A stretch of DNA of 64,000 nt from Mobula hypostoma (GCF_963921235.1 NC_086108.1:14260001-14324000); one strand, 5' to 3'; positions 26,236 through 39,115 are shown, counted from the first letter of the stretch. Notes: generated by a model from the sequence alone, not told the origin. Numbers and translations: made by a program.

Positions 26236-27644
26236 GAATTGTGCTAAGAAAGGGGGTGCAGGGATGAAGCACATGGTTGATGTTCCTTCAGATAGGGCTT
26301 TGGGGATAGATGTCTGAAAATAATCTTGAGAGTGGAGTGAAGTAGGGACCAGCAGTGAGTGTGTCTGGAGGGAGTATTGTAGCACAGAACAGAGGGGTGT
26401 TACAACACAGGAGTGTGTGTGTGTGGAGGGAGTACTGGAAAACCAGTGTACATCTTTTTCGTGATTGTGTAATCAAAAAATGTTTGACTGGAACAAGTGC
26501 TATCATATAGGGGGATGAATCTCTCTCTAGAGAACTGTGATGTAAAGCAAAGGCTATTGTGTAATGCTAGGCAAGTAGCACAGAGCATAACTCAGTAAAG
26601 CACAAGAACAGGCCCTTTGGCCCACCATGACTGTGCCAAACATTAAACTACTTATTAGGTACCTAACCAAGCTAATTGCTTCTGCCTACACATGTACATA
26701 TCCATCCATTTATGTGCCTCTCTGAGAGCCTCTATTGCATTTGCTTCTACTGCCATCCCTTATAGTGTATTCCAGGCACCCTCCACTTTCTATGGACTTA
26801 GACTCCTAGGTCAAACTGTAAAGGGTCTTCATTAACAATGTACTGCCCCCTTTCACTTGATCGCCCAAAGCACAGCACCTCACATTAGGCTGGGTTAAAC
26901 TTCTTTGCCCATAGTTGTAACTGATCTATATCCCACTGTATCCTTCTGAAATCTTCTGTACTATCTACAGCTCTACCAATCTTTGTATTATTTGCCAGAT
27001 TACTAATCCACCCATCCAAGTCATTTGCATATATCACAAACCCCAGAGGTCCCAGTATGGATACCTACAGATCCTGCTGGTCACAAACCTCAGCCAGTGT
27101 AAGTCCCATCAATCACTACAACTCAAGTCAATTCTGAATCCAAATAATAAAGACACCATGGATCCTCCAGAAGAATTTATGCCTGGAGCCGGTGCCACTA
27201 TACAATAGGGTCTGACCCTGGAGTTCAGGAAGATGTGTCTCTAGAATGACTGGTATAAATTTTTGTTTTTGTTACTGGGTGGAGTACTGCAATACATGTT
27301 GTTGTGTTTCTGGAGTGAGACCTATAACAAAGGGTTTTTTGTGAAGGGAGTGGTTAAAAATACAAAGGTCGCTACCTTTGTAGGAAGTGCTGTAATTCAC
27401 TGATTTGTGTATCCGAAAGGAGTGGTACAATATAATGGGCTGTGCATCAAAGGGGAGTGCTAGAACAGAAGTGTGTGTGTGTGCCTTTGGAGGGAAAATT
27501 GAAAAACACATGCACCTGTGCAGATGGTGTTCTGTAATATAAGGGCATGTACCTCTGCCTTCTTATATAAGGGTAGATGTCTTGATAGACCCCCAAACAG
27601 TAGTAAAGATGTGTCTACAAATTACAATAGGAGTTAGAAAATGC

Positions 27645-30085
27645 ATGCCAAAAGAGCAATATTACAATAGTCATGAGGGATTTGAATATGCTGGTAGATT
27701 GGGAAATCTAGTTGGTGGGAAGAGGGGGAATTTCTAGAATGCCTAGATATGGCTTTTTAGAAAAGCTCGTGGTTGAGACCACCAGGGGACCAATTATTCT
27801 GGATTAGGTGTTGAGCAATGAACCAGAATTGATAGAGAGCTTAAGGTAAAGGAACCCTTAGGAGAAATGATCATGATATGATAAAATTCACCCTGCAATT
27901 TGAGAAGGAGAAGCTAAAGTCAAATGTAGCAGTGGAGTAAAAGGAATTACAGAGGCATGAGAGAGGAGCTGGCCAAAATTGATTGGAAAAGAACACTGGC
28001 AGGGATGAAGGCAGAAAGCAATGGCTGGAATTTCTGGAAGCAATTTGTAAGGCACAGGATATATACATCCCAAAGAGGAAGAAGTATTCTAAAGGCAACC
28101 ATGGTTAACAAGAGAAGTCAAAGCCAACATAAAAGCCAAAGAGGGGGCATATATTAGAGCAAAAGTTAATAGGAAGGTATTAATTAGTAAGAGGATTGGT
28201 AAGCTTTAAAAAGCCGACTGAAGGCAACTAAAAATAGTCATTAAGAATGAAAAGTTGAAATATGGAAGTAAGATAACCAATAATATTTAGGGAATACCAA
28301 AAGTTTCTTCAGATAAATGAAGTGTTAAAGAAAGGTGAGAGTGGATATGGGCCCGCTGGAAAATGGTGCTGGAGAGGTAGTAATGGGGGACAAGGAAATG
28401 GTGGACGAACTGATTAAGTATTTTGCAACAGTCTTCACTGTGGAAGACACTATCATAATGCTGGAAATTCAAGTGTCAGGGGGTAGAAGTGTCTGAAGCT
28501 GCCATTACTAGGGAAAAGGTTCTTGGGAAACTGAGAGGTAGATATGTCAAGATGGTATACACCCCAGGGTTCTGAAAGAGGTGGCTGAAGAGATTGTGGA
28601 GGCATTGGTAATTATCTTTCAAGAATCAATTGATTCTGGGATTGTTCTGGAGAAATGGAAGTTACAAATGTTATTCCACTCTTCAAGAAGGGAGAGGTGC
28701 AGAACAAAAGGGAATTATAGGCCAGTTAGCCTAACCTCAGTGGTTTTGAAGATGTTGGAGTTGATTGTTAAGGATGTGGTTTTGGGGTACTTTGTGGTAC
28801 ATGATAAAGTAGGTCATTGTCAGCATGGTTTCCTTAAGGGAATATCTTGCCTGACAAATCTGTTGGAATTCTTTGAAGAAATAACAAATAGGATGGACAA
28901 AGGAGAATGTGTGGGTGTTGTGTCCTTTGATTTTCAGAAGGCCTTTGATAAGGTGCTGCACATGAGGCTGCTTAACAAGTTAAGAGCCTATGGTGTTACA
29001 GCAAAGATACTAGCATGGATAAAACAGTGGCTGATTGGCAGGAGGCAAAGTGTGGGAATAAAGGGAGCCTTTTCTAGTTGGCTGTCAGTGACTAGAGTTG
29101 TTCCACATGGGGTCTGTGTTGGGACTGTTTCTTTTTACATTATATGTCAGTGACTTGATTAATGGAATTGATAGCTTTGTGGATGGTATGAAAAGAGGTA
29201 GAATGGCAGTTTTGAGGAAATGGGGTACAGAAGGATTCAGACAGGTTAAGAGAATTAAGAGAGCTAGAAGAGGCAGATGGATACAGTGTCAGGAAGTGTA
29301 TGGTCATACCCTTTTGTAGAAGAAATGGAAGGGTAGACTATTTTCTAAATAGAGAGAAAATTCAAAAATTTGAGGTGCAAAGGGGCTTGAGAATCCTTGT
29401 GCAGGATTCCCTAAAGGTGAATTTGCCACTTGAGTCTTGATGAGAGAAGTAATTGCGATGTGGGCATTCATTTCAAGAGGACTAGAATATAAAAGCAAAG
29501 ATGTAATGTTGAGGTTTTCTAAAGCACTGGCGAGGCCTCACTTGGAGTATTGTGAGCAGTTTTGAGCACCTTATCTAAGCAAGGATGTGCTGACATTGAA
29601 GAGGGTTCAAAGGAGGTTCGCAAAAATGATTCCAGGATTGAAAGGCTTATCATATGAATAGCATTTGATGGCTCTGGACCTGTACTCACTAGAATTCAGA
29701 ATAATGAGTGGTGACCTCATTGAAAACTATTGAATGTTGAAAGGCCTCAATAAAATGGATTTGGAGAGGATGTTTTATATGGTGGGGGAGTCTAGGACCA
29801 GAGGACACAGCCTCAGAATAGAGGGGCATCCTTTTAGTTCGGAGATGAGGAGGAATTTCTTTAGCCACAGGGTGATGAATTCATTGCCACAGGCAGCTGT
29901 GGAGCCCAAGTAATTGGATATATTTAAGACAGAGGCTGATAGATTCTTAATTAGTCAGGATGAAGTGCTATGGGAGAGGCTTGAGATTGGGGCAGAGGGA
30001 ATAAATTGGATCAGCCATGATGAAATAGCAGAGCAGACTTGATGGGCCAAATGACCTAATTCTGTTCCTATATCTTATGGTCTTA
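27645..30085 (+). mobile_element. CR1 LINE ORF2 to 3' end
   Basis: ORF 28581-29153 with NYRPVSLTS, QHGFLKG.SCLTNLLEFF and DFQKAFDKV; CR1 3' UTR ending cttatggtctta. Confidence 0.93.
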
Positions 30086-31613
30086 ATCAAGTATTTTGTG
30101 TATCTGGAAGTGGTATAACACAATGGGTTGTATGTCTGGAAGAAACACTGCTAGCCAGGAGTGTCTCTTTGAAGAGAGTACCTAAAAACGTGTCTCTCCA
30201 GAGACTCATGGTCTTAAACCGGCCTGTGGATAGGTATTCAAAGCAAGTACATAATTCGTAATTGTAAGTGTGTGTGGAGCAAGAGCTAAAATATTGTTAG
30301 AAGGGTCTTCATAGGAAGTGTTCTATTATGGATTACCTATCCATGGAGGAACTGTCGTGGTCAGTGTATGATCAGCTCTGGGAAGAATGGTGTAATACCT
30401 GGTATAGATACAAGATGTTCATTGCAGATGATGCTATACTAAGAAGCTGCACCCATTATGCATTGCTGTGTATTCCTCTGGGCATCAACCTGTTCATTTG
30501 TGTCCCGTTTGAAGTCATAGATCATAGATCAACATGGTCCATACTGACCAAGATACTATTTAAGCTGGTCCCATTTCCAGTGTTTGGTCCATGAATGAAT
30601 CTTTCCTATCCATGTGCCTGTCTAAGTGCCTTTCAACTGTCTGTCTCAACCACTTCCTCTTGCGGCTCATTACACATACACCACATGCCCTTACGAAAAA
30701 AATAAAGTTGCCCCTCATGTTCCTAATAAATCTCTTGCCAATTCCCTAAACTTACACCCTCTAGTTCTTGATTGTCCAACCCTGGGAAAAAGACTGAGTG
30801 CATTCACCTGACCTATGTCCCTCAGGATCTTATATCTTTCTCCCTATAACTCTGTCCATCAGGTCTTGGCAAGATCTTATAAATCTTTAGTGCACTCTTT
30901 CCTATTTGATAACATATTTTGTATACGAGGATAACCAAAATTGAGCATAATACTCCATGCACTCTCACAAGTACAACCACACCATGACCTCCCAGCTTTT
31001 AATACTTATACAATACTGTTATGATACATGGGTTTTGACTGAAGAAAAGATGGCTGGAGTCACTTGGCACTTTTGCCCAAGGGTGTTTGTTCAGTGAGTC
31101 AAGAAGTCAAACTTATAAAATTCAACGAAAATAGCAAAAAGAAAATTGTCAATATATACAAAAAGATATCTACCAGAAAACACAATAAATAGCTCCATAC
31201 TATTTTCAGTGTGAACTCCTGGCAGCTCAGTCTCTCTTTTTCTCTCCCTTTCTCTCTAGCTCCTACTGAGTGTGATCCGCCCTGTTTTTTTTTAGGCACT
31301 TGGACATACCATCTTTAATTACCCACAAAGTTAACAAAGACTACACATGAATCAAAATATGCTGTGCCCCACAATGTAGTTACAACCACATTACAAAATA
31401 AACAACAGTATCTACATTAAATACAGTATACAAACAATATATATATATACACATTTACACATCCCTATTACTAAAGAAATGGAATATTCTGCTGTGTATG
31501 GTGGGAAAGGCACCATAAAGCCGATCCGAGCGTATCAGCTCGGTTATGAGAATGTACCGGGGAAGATAGTGAAGTGTGCAAACTCAGCGCAATGACAGCA
31601 GAATGACAAGGCA

Positions 31614-31616
<3 letters not shown>

Positions 31617-31642
<26 letters not shown>
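31617..31642. repeat. (TG)n microsatellite
   Basis: Direct reading. Confidence 0.95.
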
Positions 31643-31644
<2 letters not shown>

Positions 31645-31731
31645 AATGCCCATGTGTAAAGAATGTATGTGCTGAATGCTGTCTGACACAAATACTTGCA
31701 GCAAATTTGAGAATAAATTTGTATTTCAAAG

Positions 31732-32600
31732 AAAATCTTCTCAGGCTTCCAGCCGGGCACAAGTATCAATTTTAGCCGACGTTTTTGATGTCAAAGTCTG
31801 CAATCTTCATCAGGGATGATGCTTGGGCAAGTCTAGTCGGGTGATATATATACCTCCATCGTCCACCCCTCCTGATTGGTTAGTCCTCATCCTATCAGGT
31901 GGCTACAAGGTGAAGGAAAACAATTGGGCCCTTAAAAGGGCCAAGGGAAATGCCAGGAAACTTAACAACGAGGAGGAACCTGTCGCTACTGCCTGTCTTC
32001 CGTATATTTCCAGGATTAATACACAAACCCATAAGAAAGCTCAAATCACAACTTATGCGGGTGAAAAGTGACCTGGGACTCAGGACAGCTGGATTCCTGT
32101 GAATGCGCAGCAACATATATCGGCCAGACAGGACGCACGATGAAAACCTGCATCAAGGAGCACAGGAGGTGTATCTGTTTTGGATACTGGGAGAAATCAG
32201 CAGCAGCAGAAGATTACATTTGCAATGGCCAGAGGATTGACTTTGATGGCACAAAACTACTGTGTCATGCGAATAGCTTTTGGGACCGTCTGGTGAAGGA
32301 AGACATTGAAATAAAATTTGAGGAGAAGAATTTTAACAAAGACGAAGGTCTCACTATAAGTAAGAGCTGGAATTTGATTGTAAACAAGGTGGGAGAGCAG
32401 AAACCTGATAGGATGAGGACTAACCAATCAGGAGGGGCAGACGATCGGGGTATAAATACCACTGGACTAGAAATGCCCAATCATCATGCTTGGTGAAGAT
32501 GGCAGAGTTTGTCATTGAAACATTGGTTAAAATCGATACCTGTACCTCGTTGGAAGCCCAAGAAGAGTTTATTCATCATATACACTGGGAAAGCACCAGA
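31732..32600 (+). mobile_element. Penelope-like (Poseidon-type) GIY-YIG 3' fragment flanked by inverted terminal repeats
   Basis: ORF 32068-32496 has CECAATYIGQTGRTMKTCIKEH...EDIEI...NFNKDEG (GIY-YIG endonuclease). About 31732-31900 is the reverse complement of about 32400-32570. The repeat holds CCAAT, TATAAA and decayed hammerhead cores. Confidence 0.88.
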
Positions 32601-32694
32601 TTTTTTTTTAAAAAGTTGTATTTGTTTTTAGAATATCTGTCAATTATCATCAGCAAGAATCTAGAATTGTGTGGAAAGCAGTGAGGAGGTGGTC

Positions 32695-32810
32695 AGAATC
32701 AGAATCAGGTTTACTATCACTGATGTTTGTCGTGAACTTCATTGTTTTGTGGCAGCAGTACATAATAATAAAAGCTATAAATTACAATAGTATTCAAGAT
32801 GTGTGTGTGT

Positions 32811-32841
<31 letters not shown>

Positions 32842-33975
32842 AATAAATAGTAATGCAAAAAGAGAGGGGAATGAAATACTGATGGGTTCAATGTCCATTC
32901 AGAAATCTGATGTGGAGGGGATGAAGCTGTTCCTGAAGCGTTGAGTGTGTGTCTTCAGGCTTCTGTACCACCTCCTTGATGGTAGCAATGAGAAAAGGGC
33001 ATGCGCTGTGTGATTGGAGTCCTGAATGGATGCCGCCTCTTTGAGTCATCACCTTTTGAAGGTGTCTTTGACGCTGAGGAGACAAGTGCCCATAATGGAC
33101 AGACTGAGTTAACAACTTTCTGCAGCTTTTTCTGATCCTGTGCAGTGGCCCTTCCATACCAGACAGTGATGCATCCAGTTAGAATGCCAGTGAACAGGAA
33201 ATATTGATACCCTGGTGCCAGTGGGTACAACATGAACATTGTTGAAGTCTTCTGGAATCACTGCTGTAGCAAGAAGTAATTAGAGCAATTAGAGTAATTC
33301 AAAACTTCCAAAGCTTCCTCTCTTGTGTTTTATATAAACAGTCTAAGGCATATTGCATCTGAGCCAGTAACTTTTCCTTTTTCAAAGACACTATATCTAT
33401 GGAAAACTCTCCAGGTTCATTGGATTTTAGGAAGAGGGCTTCCTGATTCAGTATACGTACAGTATTCCAGCATATCTGGTTCCTTTCCATAGTTCAATTA
33501 CAAGTTCAAGTTTATTGTTGTCTAACTGTACACATGTATGCCATCAAAGGAAACAATGTTCCTCTGGACCAAGGTGCACAACACAGTACACGTAAGAGTA
33601 AAACACTACTGCTGCTTTGTACGTGATGAAGCCTGGGTAGTGGCAGGGAAATCAATAGTCTCACATCTTGGGAGAAGAAGCTGTTTCCCATCCTAACAGT
33701 CTTTGTCCTAATGCTACAGTAGGGTTCAAAGAGATAGTTGAATGTTTGGGAAGGATTATTGACAATGCTAAGAAGCCTGTGTATGTAGCACACTTAATAA
33801 ATACCTCTGATGAATGAAAGAGAGACCCCAGTGATTCTCTCAGTAGTCCTTGCAATCCTTTGTAGGGCCTCTCAGTCAGATTCCTTGCAATTCCCATACC
33901 AGACAGGGATGCAGCTGGTCAGGATACTCTCAATGGTACTCCTGCAAAAATTGGTTAGAATGGAAGTAGATACAG
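32695..33975 (-). mobile_element. Two Rex1/Babar-like 3' fragments (about 32695-33190 and 33505-33975)
   Basis: GILTGCITVWYG and ESILTSCIPVWYG motifs; (TTCTGA)n and (TTGAAC)-type tails. Confidence 0.75.
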
Positions 33976-34204
33976 AGGAGGTGTCGGGAAGGAAGGATGT
34001 GGAAACCATAGAAAGGGTGCAGAGGAGATTTACAAGGATATTGCCTGGACTGGGGAGCATGCCTTATGAGAATAGGTTGAGTGACTCGGCCTTTTCTCCT
34101 TGGAGCGATGGAGGATGAGAAGTGACCTGATAGAGGTGTACAAGATGATGAGAGGCATCGATCGTGTGGATAGTCAGAGGCTTTTTCCCAGGGCCGAAAT
34201 GGCT

Positions 34205-35757
34205 TGTTCTCTCCCTCTCCTTGCTGCTTCCGGACGACGTTTCGCATAATGTCTTGACCATAATGTCCCTCTTCTCTTTTCACACAGCATAATTAGGCTG
34301 ACCATATTTTTTTACCTTAATGCTGGATAGAAGATACGAAGCAGTAACACCGAAGGATGCTGATTATTCTTGATGATGTGGTTGGCACTCTCCTAAATGG
34401 ACGTGATATAGTCACCGCTGTCCTTTGACTGCAGCAAAGGGTTTGATGGGTGTTTCGAAGTACTTCATTACAATAAGATTTAATTAACTCTTATTGATGG
34501 GTCGCAGTTTGATCTGGCCCAATCCTGCACATGCTGAATTAGCAGAATGTGACCGCTCGAAATAGAGCTGCCCTATCCTCCTGCTGCGGTTGGTGTCGCT
34601 GCTGTGCGCATCGTGAGGTGCTGCTGAGGCTGGCCGTGCGCATGCGTTGTGGTGTCGCGTCGCGGTTTCCACGAAAGCTGGAATCACGTGTGGAAAATGG
34701 GGCCTATTGACGAGTGAGCAATTTTATACGAATATAACCCAATTTAACTGTGACCTTTGCATGCATTCTGTAAGTTAGCACATTTTAAGTCCATTTAGTC
34801 AAAAAAAGTGTCGCATTAATGCACCGATTGGGCTACTTTGAGGGCACTGTTACATACCTCATGGATACCTGTGACTGTCTTATGACCATGATGTAATTGA
34901 GTATCTTATGAGCATGAAGTAATGGTCATGTGATGATGGGGTGATGTAATTTTCCCACCAGTGTGAGGTCACGTGATGACATGTTCACCACGGTGATAAA
35001 AGGGAGACCCCTGTGGTGACGCAGTTAGTTCTTGCAGTTGAGTTTTAAGTTTAGTTTGTTATTTAATCTGTCAGATACTCTTTTATGCTGCGTATTCGTC
35101 TTATGATGCAGTTTCGTTTTAAAGTGGAGTTCTACTTTCTGTTGTAAGTAGTATTGGAGAGTGAAGACCTTACCAAAGTACAGGAATTCACCGAGTTGAG
35201 TAAACTGATATCGCTTGGCGGTTTTGGAGAGGATCGGCCTGTATTGAATCTTCGTTCAAGAAATAGTGACCTGCATTTTGAGAGACCCTGTGCTAAAACA
35301 GGAAGGATTGCGCAGTGTCTATTTTCCGGAGGAAAAGGTCAGTTCCTTTCAACTGTTTTATTTCCATCGTTGTGAATCCTGTGGACAAGGCAGGTTCCGG
35401 CTGGGATCAGCAGTAACATCACGTCTTCGAGGAATTCTTTACTTCAGGAAAGTCTCTCCTAATTGACTGTATAAATCTCTTGGACTTTCGAATTTACCAT
35501 TCTAAGAACTGTGTTCGAATTTACCACTTTAAGAACTGTTTTCGCATTTACCCCTTTAAGAACTGTTCCAGAGTTGCCGTATAGCAGTTAACTTCTGGTT
35601 AAGTTAGTCGTTTAAATACATTTCGCTATTTTTGAGCAGAGTTTAATAAATGTTTGTCTGTTTTTTTATAAAACCTGACTCAATTCTATATTCATTGTTG
35701 CCAGTCACATGACAGCACAAACAGACAGACAGAATGAGAATTTTAGTAATGTTTAGA
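34205..35757 (-). mobile_element. Probable Helitron 5' fragment (interrupted by solo LTR)
   Basis: Minus strand begins A|TCTAAACATTACTAAAATTCTCATTCTGTCTGTCTGTTTG (TC start followed by a (CTGT)n tract). It has a CpG-rich segment and an ATG at 34290 opening MLCEKRRGTLWSRHYAKRRPEAARRGREQ, an Arg-rich start reminiscent of RepHel N-termini. No 3' CTAG/hairpin end identified. Confidence 0.45.
34848..35714 (+). mobile_element. 867-bp solo LTR
   Basis: TGTTAC...TGACA ends, perfect 4-bp TSD GCAC, AATAAA at 35645, and three internal TTTACC..TTAAGAACTGT repeats at about 35492-35567. Confidence 0.85.
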
Positions 35758-36861
35758 TAATTACTAGTCCACTTTCCACACTTAACACTTCTATTTCCAC
35801 GTGTACTGCTTCTGATGCTTTTCCTTGGGTGGCTGTAGCAGGCAACGGCAGGACATGCTGTGCAGCTTTTTCTTTATCCAGCCACTCGCTGGTGAAGTAG
35901 AATTGCAGTACTTGGTGTTCTTAATATCCATTAGTGTCTTGCGATCATAAGAAAAACGTAAAGAACGAACAATTGCACCATTAGTTGGAGCTAGAGTGGT
36001 TGCTGTGACGGGGTGTGCCACTGTCTTGTTCATTTACTGTTAGCTCCTTGAGATTAAGACGCATGTTCATGGAAAACCACTGAATGGTGAACCTTTCACC
36101 GAAGAAGTTTAGAAAGCGTTCACCAGCAACTTTGATGTGTGTTCCTTGAATTTCTAGCATCTGCAGAATTCCTGTTGAAAGGTGAACCTGACTCCTAAGA
36201 GAGTTTACATGGGACACAGAGCATGGTATAGGAACAAGCCCATTGTGCACAATGTCTTCACTGAGCATGATGACAGATTAGTCCTTTTCTACCTATATAT
36301 TTCCCTCATCCTTGCATTTTCATCTATCTGTGTTCCAAGTTGTTGAATGTCACCATCGCGTCTGTGTCCACTATTCCCCCTGTGTTTTTCAGATACCTAC
36401 CACTCTGTTTAAGAAGAGAACTTACCATACACTTGTCACTTAAACTTCACCCCCCCCCCACCTTAAATGCATGACGACTACTTCTTAACATTTCTGCCCT
36501 GGGGAAAAGATTCAGACTGTCTACCTTATCTATGACTATCATCGTCTTATAAACTTCTATCAGGTCTTCCCCACAACAACAACTGTTCCAGAGAAAGCAA
36601 CCAGTTTGTCTAACCTTTCCTTTTTGCTCATTCCCTCTAATCCATGCAGCATCTGTTGCAATCCACAACATACCTTCTTATCATTACTACTACCAGGGAG
36701 AAGGTACAGGAGCCTGAAGGGACACATTCAATGTTTTAGGAACAGCATCTTCTCATCCACCATCAGATTTCTGTACGGTCTATGAACGTTACCTTGGTTA
36801 TTCATCTTTACACTATTTATTTATATATGTATTTATTTATTACAACTTTTACGTCTTGCAT

Positions 36862-37450
36862 TGAGGTGGTGGTTGGCATCCATCTGTCTCGAAGGGCAAT
36901 GGGTGATGATGATGATCATCATCACAAGCCTGGGCGGAAGGTATGGAGATCCTGAGATGCCCAGTCCCCAAGATCTCCCTCTCGACCTCACCAGTGTAGT
37001 CCAAAGGAAAGCTTATGAAGCAATATGTCTGGCACCAGCTTGGCTGCAGAAGCTGCTAGAAGGATGTTCAATAATGTCCAGCTGCCTTAGGAGCTCCGCT
37101 CTGGATTTTCTGTCTGGGTTTACTCCTGTAGCCTTCATCTCTCCTGAAGCTGCCTACAAGGCAGTGGGGCTATTTACCTGTAGCTGGGAACCTGGTTCAC
37201 GAGCACCAGGGCGTGTCCACACACCAGTGGACCTGTGTGCTATGTGTGTAGGAGCCAGACCTCCTCCCCATCCTCTGTAGTTCAGCCTGAGTCCGAAAGG
37301 AGTTCGGTTTCCGTGTGTCGCCAGTGAGGAGGCACTACAAGAGGCCTGCTGTTGGAGAGGCTTTGTATGCACAGGGAGAGACTTACACATTCAACTCTCC
37401 TTTTCGCAAGACTGCTAGCCAGCAGTGGAAGCTGAAAGTGAAGGTGACAA
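36862..37450 (-). mobile_element. RTE-related non-autonomous repeat
   Basis: End motif ggcatccatctgtctcgaag..caatgg resembles the tail of the SINE at 51106-51421; it interrupts a Rex-type 3' UTR. Confidence 0.45.
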
Positions 37451-38540
37451 GCACTACTCACTACACCACCACATCAACCATTTTGACGCTGCATTGCATT
37501 GTATTACTGCCGCAAAACAACAAATTTCATGACATATGTTGGTGATGATAACCCTGATTTGGATTCTGCCCTTTCCAAAGCCTTCGTATCTTTCTGGTAG
37601 TGAGTCAACCAGACCCGCACACAGTACTCGCATATGTGGCCTAACCAAAGTTTTATATAGCTGAAAATTTATTCCTTACTCTTGTACTCAATGCCTCAGC
37701 TAATGCACCTTCTTTACCATTCTATCTCCTTTTGTGGCCACTTGCAGGGTGCTATCGCATCAGTGTTACTAAGGGTCCTGCCATTTACTGTATGCTTTTC
37801 TCATACCTTTGACACCCAGAGTGAAACCCCTCACACAATAACTCAAGTGTCATGCTGTAGAATGATGCATGATTATCATAAGTGCATGGGCTTCCAGAGA
37901 GACTGCTGTACTTTCTCGGTTATACTCAGTGCCTTAAGAACCTGGAGATGGAATACAAGTTTCGCCTATGTTTAGTGGCAGATACTGCCTTGGTGGAGGA
38001 GGGAGCCTGATGCAAAATCAGCTAATTGGATGTAGGATTAATGACCTCAATGCAGGGATTTCCATTGTCATATCCAGAGATATGAGTCATCCTTGATGTG
38101 AACCAGCCAGAGCACCCAAACCTTCCTTGGAACTGAATGCAAGGAGCCCACACAAACTGCTCTGCAAAAATTAATGTTTTTAGTACTTCTGTGTGAAACC
38201 TGCAAATTTCTGGTTTAGCACCTCCAACATTGAATCATGGTAATTATCAATTAGCCCCGAACAGAACTATCAAACATTTGCTGCTTATTAGCACATTTAT
38301 CTGTTTACATTCTTCCCATAAAGCTGTTGATGAACTCATTGAAAGTGGAGAGAGATCAATAGTGAGAGGTTACATGACCTGAAAGTCCTGATATGTTGAT
38401 TGTAGACCATCGGTAAAGAGGTGACGTGAAGCAAAAGAGAAATCCCCTGGCACGCAATAGTGGTGATGATTTTGTCAGTGCCAGAGTTTGGGAAATGTGC
38501 CTGATGATCTCTGAGTGTTTGTTTGGAATGGAATGACTAG

Positions 38541-38559
38541 TTTTCCTTGACACTTAAAC
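38541..38559 (+). promoter_or_regulatory. U12 (minor spliceosome) branch site and AC 3' splice site of an AT-AC intron
   Basis: TTTTCCTTGAC (38541-38551) matches the U12 branch consensus TTCCTTRAC. AC at 38558-38559 directly precedes the exon in phase 2, and there is no in-frame AG acceptor at the exon boundary. An AT-AC intron at this position is known in voltage-gated Ca channel genes. Confidence 0.88.
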
Positions 38560-38665
38560 TCCATTTGAATACATGATTCTGGCTACAATCATTGCCAACT
38601 GTGTTGTGCTGGCTTTGGAACAGCACCTGCCGAATGGAGACAAGACCCCCATGGCTCGAAGTTTG
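38560..38665 (+). CDS. CACNA1E: Cav2 calcium channel alpha-1 subunit exon (exon 2 equivalent; domain I S1 and S1-S2 loop), 106 bp
   Basis: Encodes (P)[35 protein letters not shown]. Preceded by TTCCTTGAC...AC and followed by the donor GTGAGT at 38666. The peptide is the Cav2 IS1 segment; paralog assigned using the next exon. Confidence 0.9.
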
Positions 38666-39115
38666 GTGAGTACAAAGCTATCTGTTGGGGACTTGGGATT
38701 GCTAGAGGTAAGGGTTGAGGAGAAGGTGGAGGGTGCAGCGGCTTCAGACTTTCTGTTGGGAATGTGTGAAGTGTTAACTAGCAGGGTCATGTGGGTACAG
38801 ATCTGGAGATTTGAGGCGAGGAGCTGAGAGATGGATTTGGAAGTGAGGATTCAAGGTTAAGGAGCTTGCAGGACAGGATTGGAGATGTGAGAAGCCGTGG
38901 GAAGGGAAAGAGCTGGGTATATGGATACATTTCTCAGTAAGGAAGGTTGAGGAAAAGGTGGTGACAGAGACGGTGTTAGAATCTGGGTTGTTGTGGTGGT
39001 CATTTGATGAGCTACCTTTGCATACCAATGTTTGGTCAAAGTTATTCTCCAATATAATTATTTCAAACACATTCTGTTACAATCTTTCAATTGTCTTTTA
39101 TGTTCCCTCCATCAG
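38666..39115 (+). other. 450-bp GT-AG intron between the two channel exons
   Basis: GTGAGT donor and tgttccctccatcag acceptor; phase 0 keeps the reading frame. Confidence 0.9.

Noticed and set aside
31017..31395. Possible additional solo LTR (TGTTA...TTACA)
   Set aside because: No convincing TSD and the right boundary is ambiguous.
38666..38827. Continuation of ORF 38573-38827 as coding sequence
   Set aside because: Channel similarity stops at the GTGAGT donor; the rest is intron read-through. The same applies to 39032-39115 upstream of the next exon.
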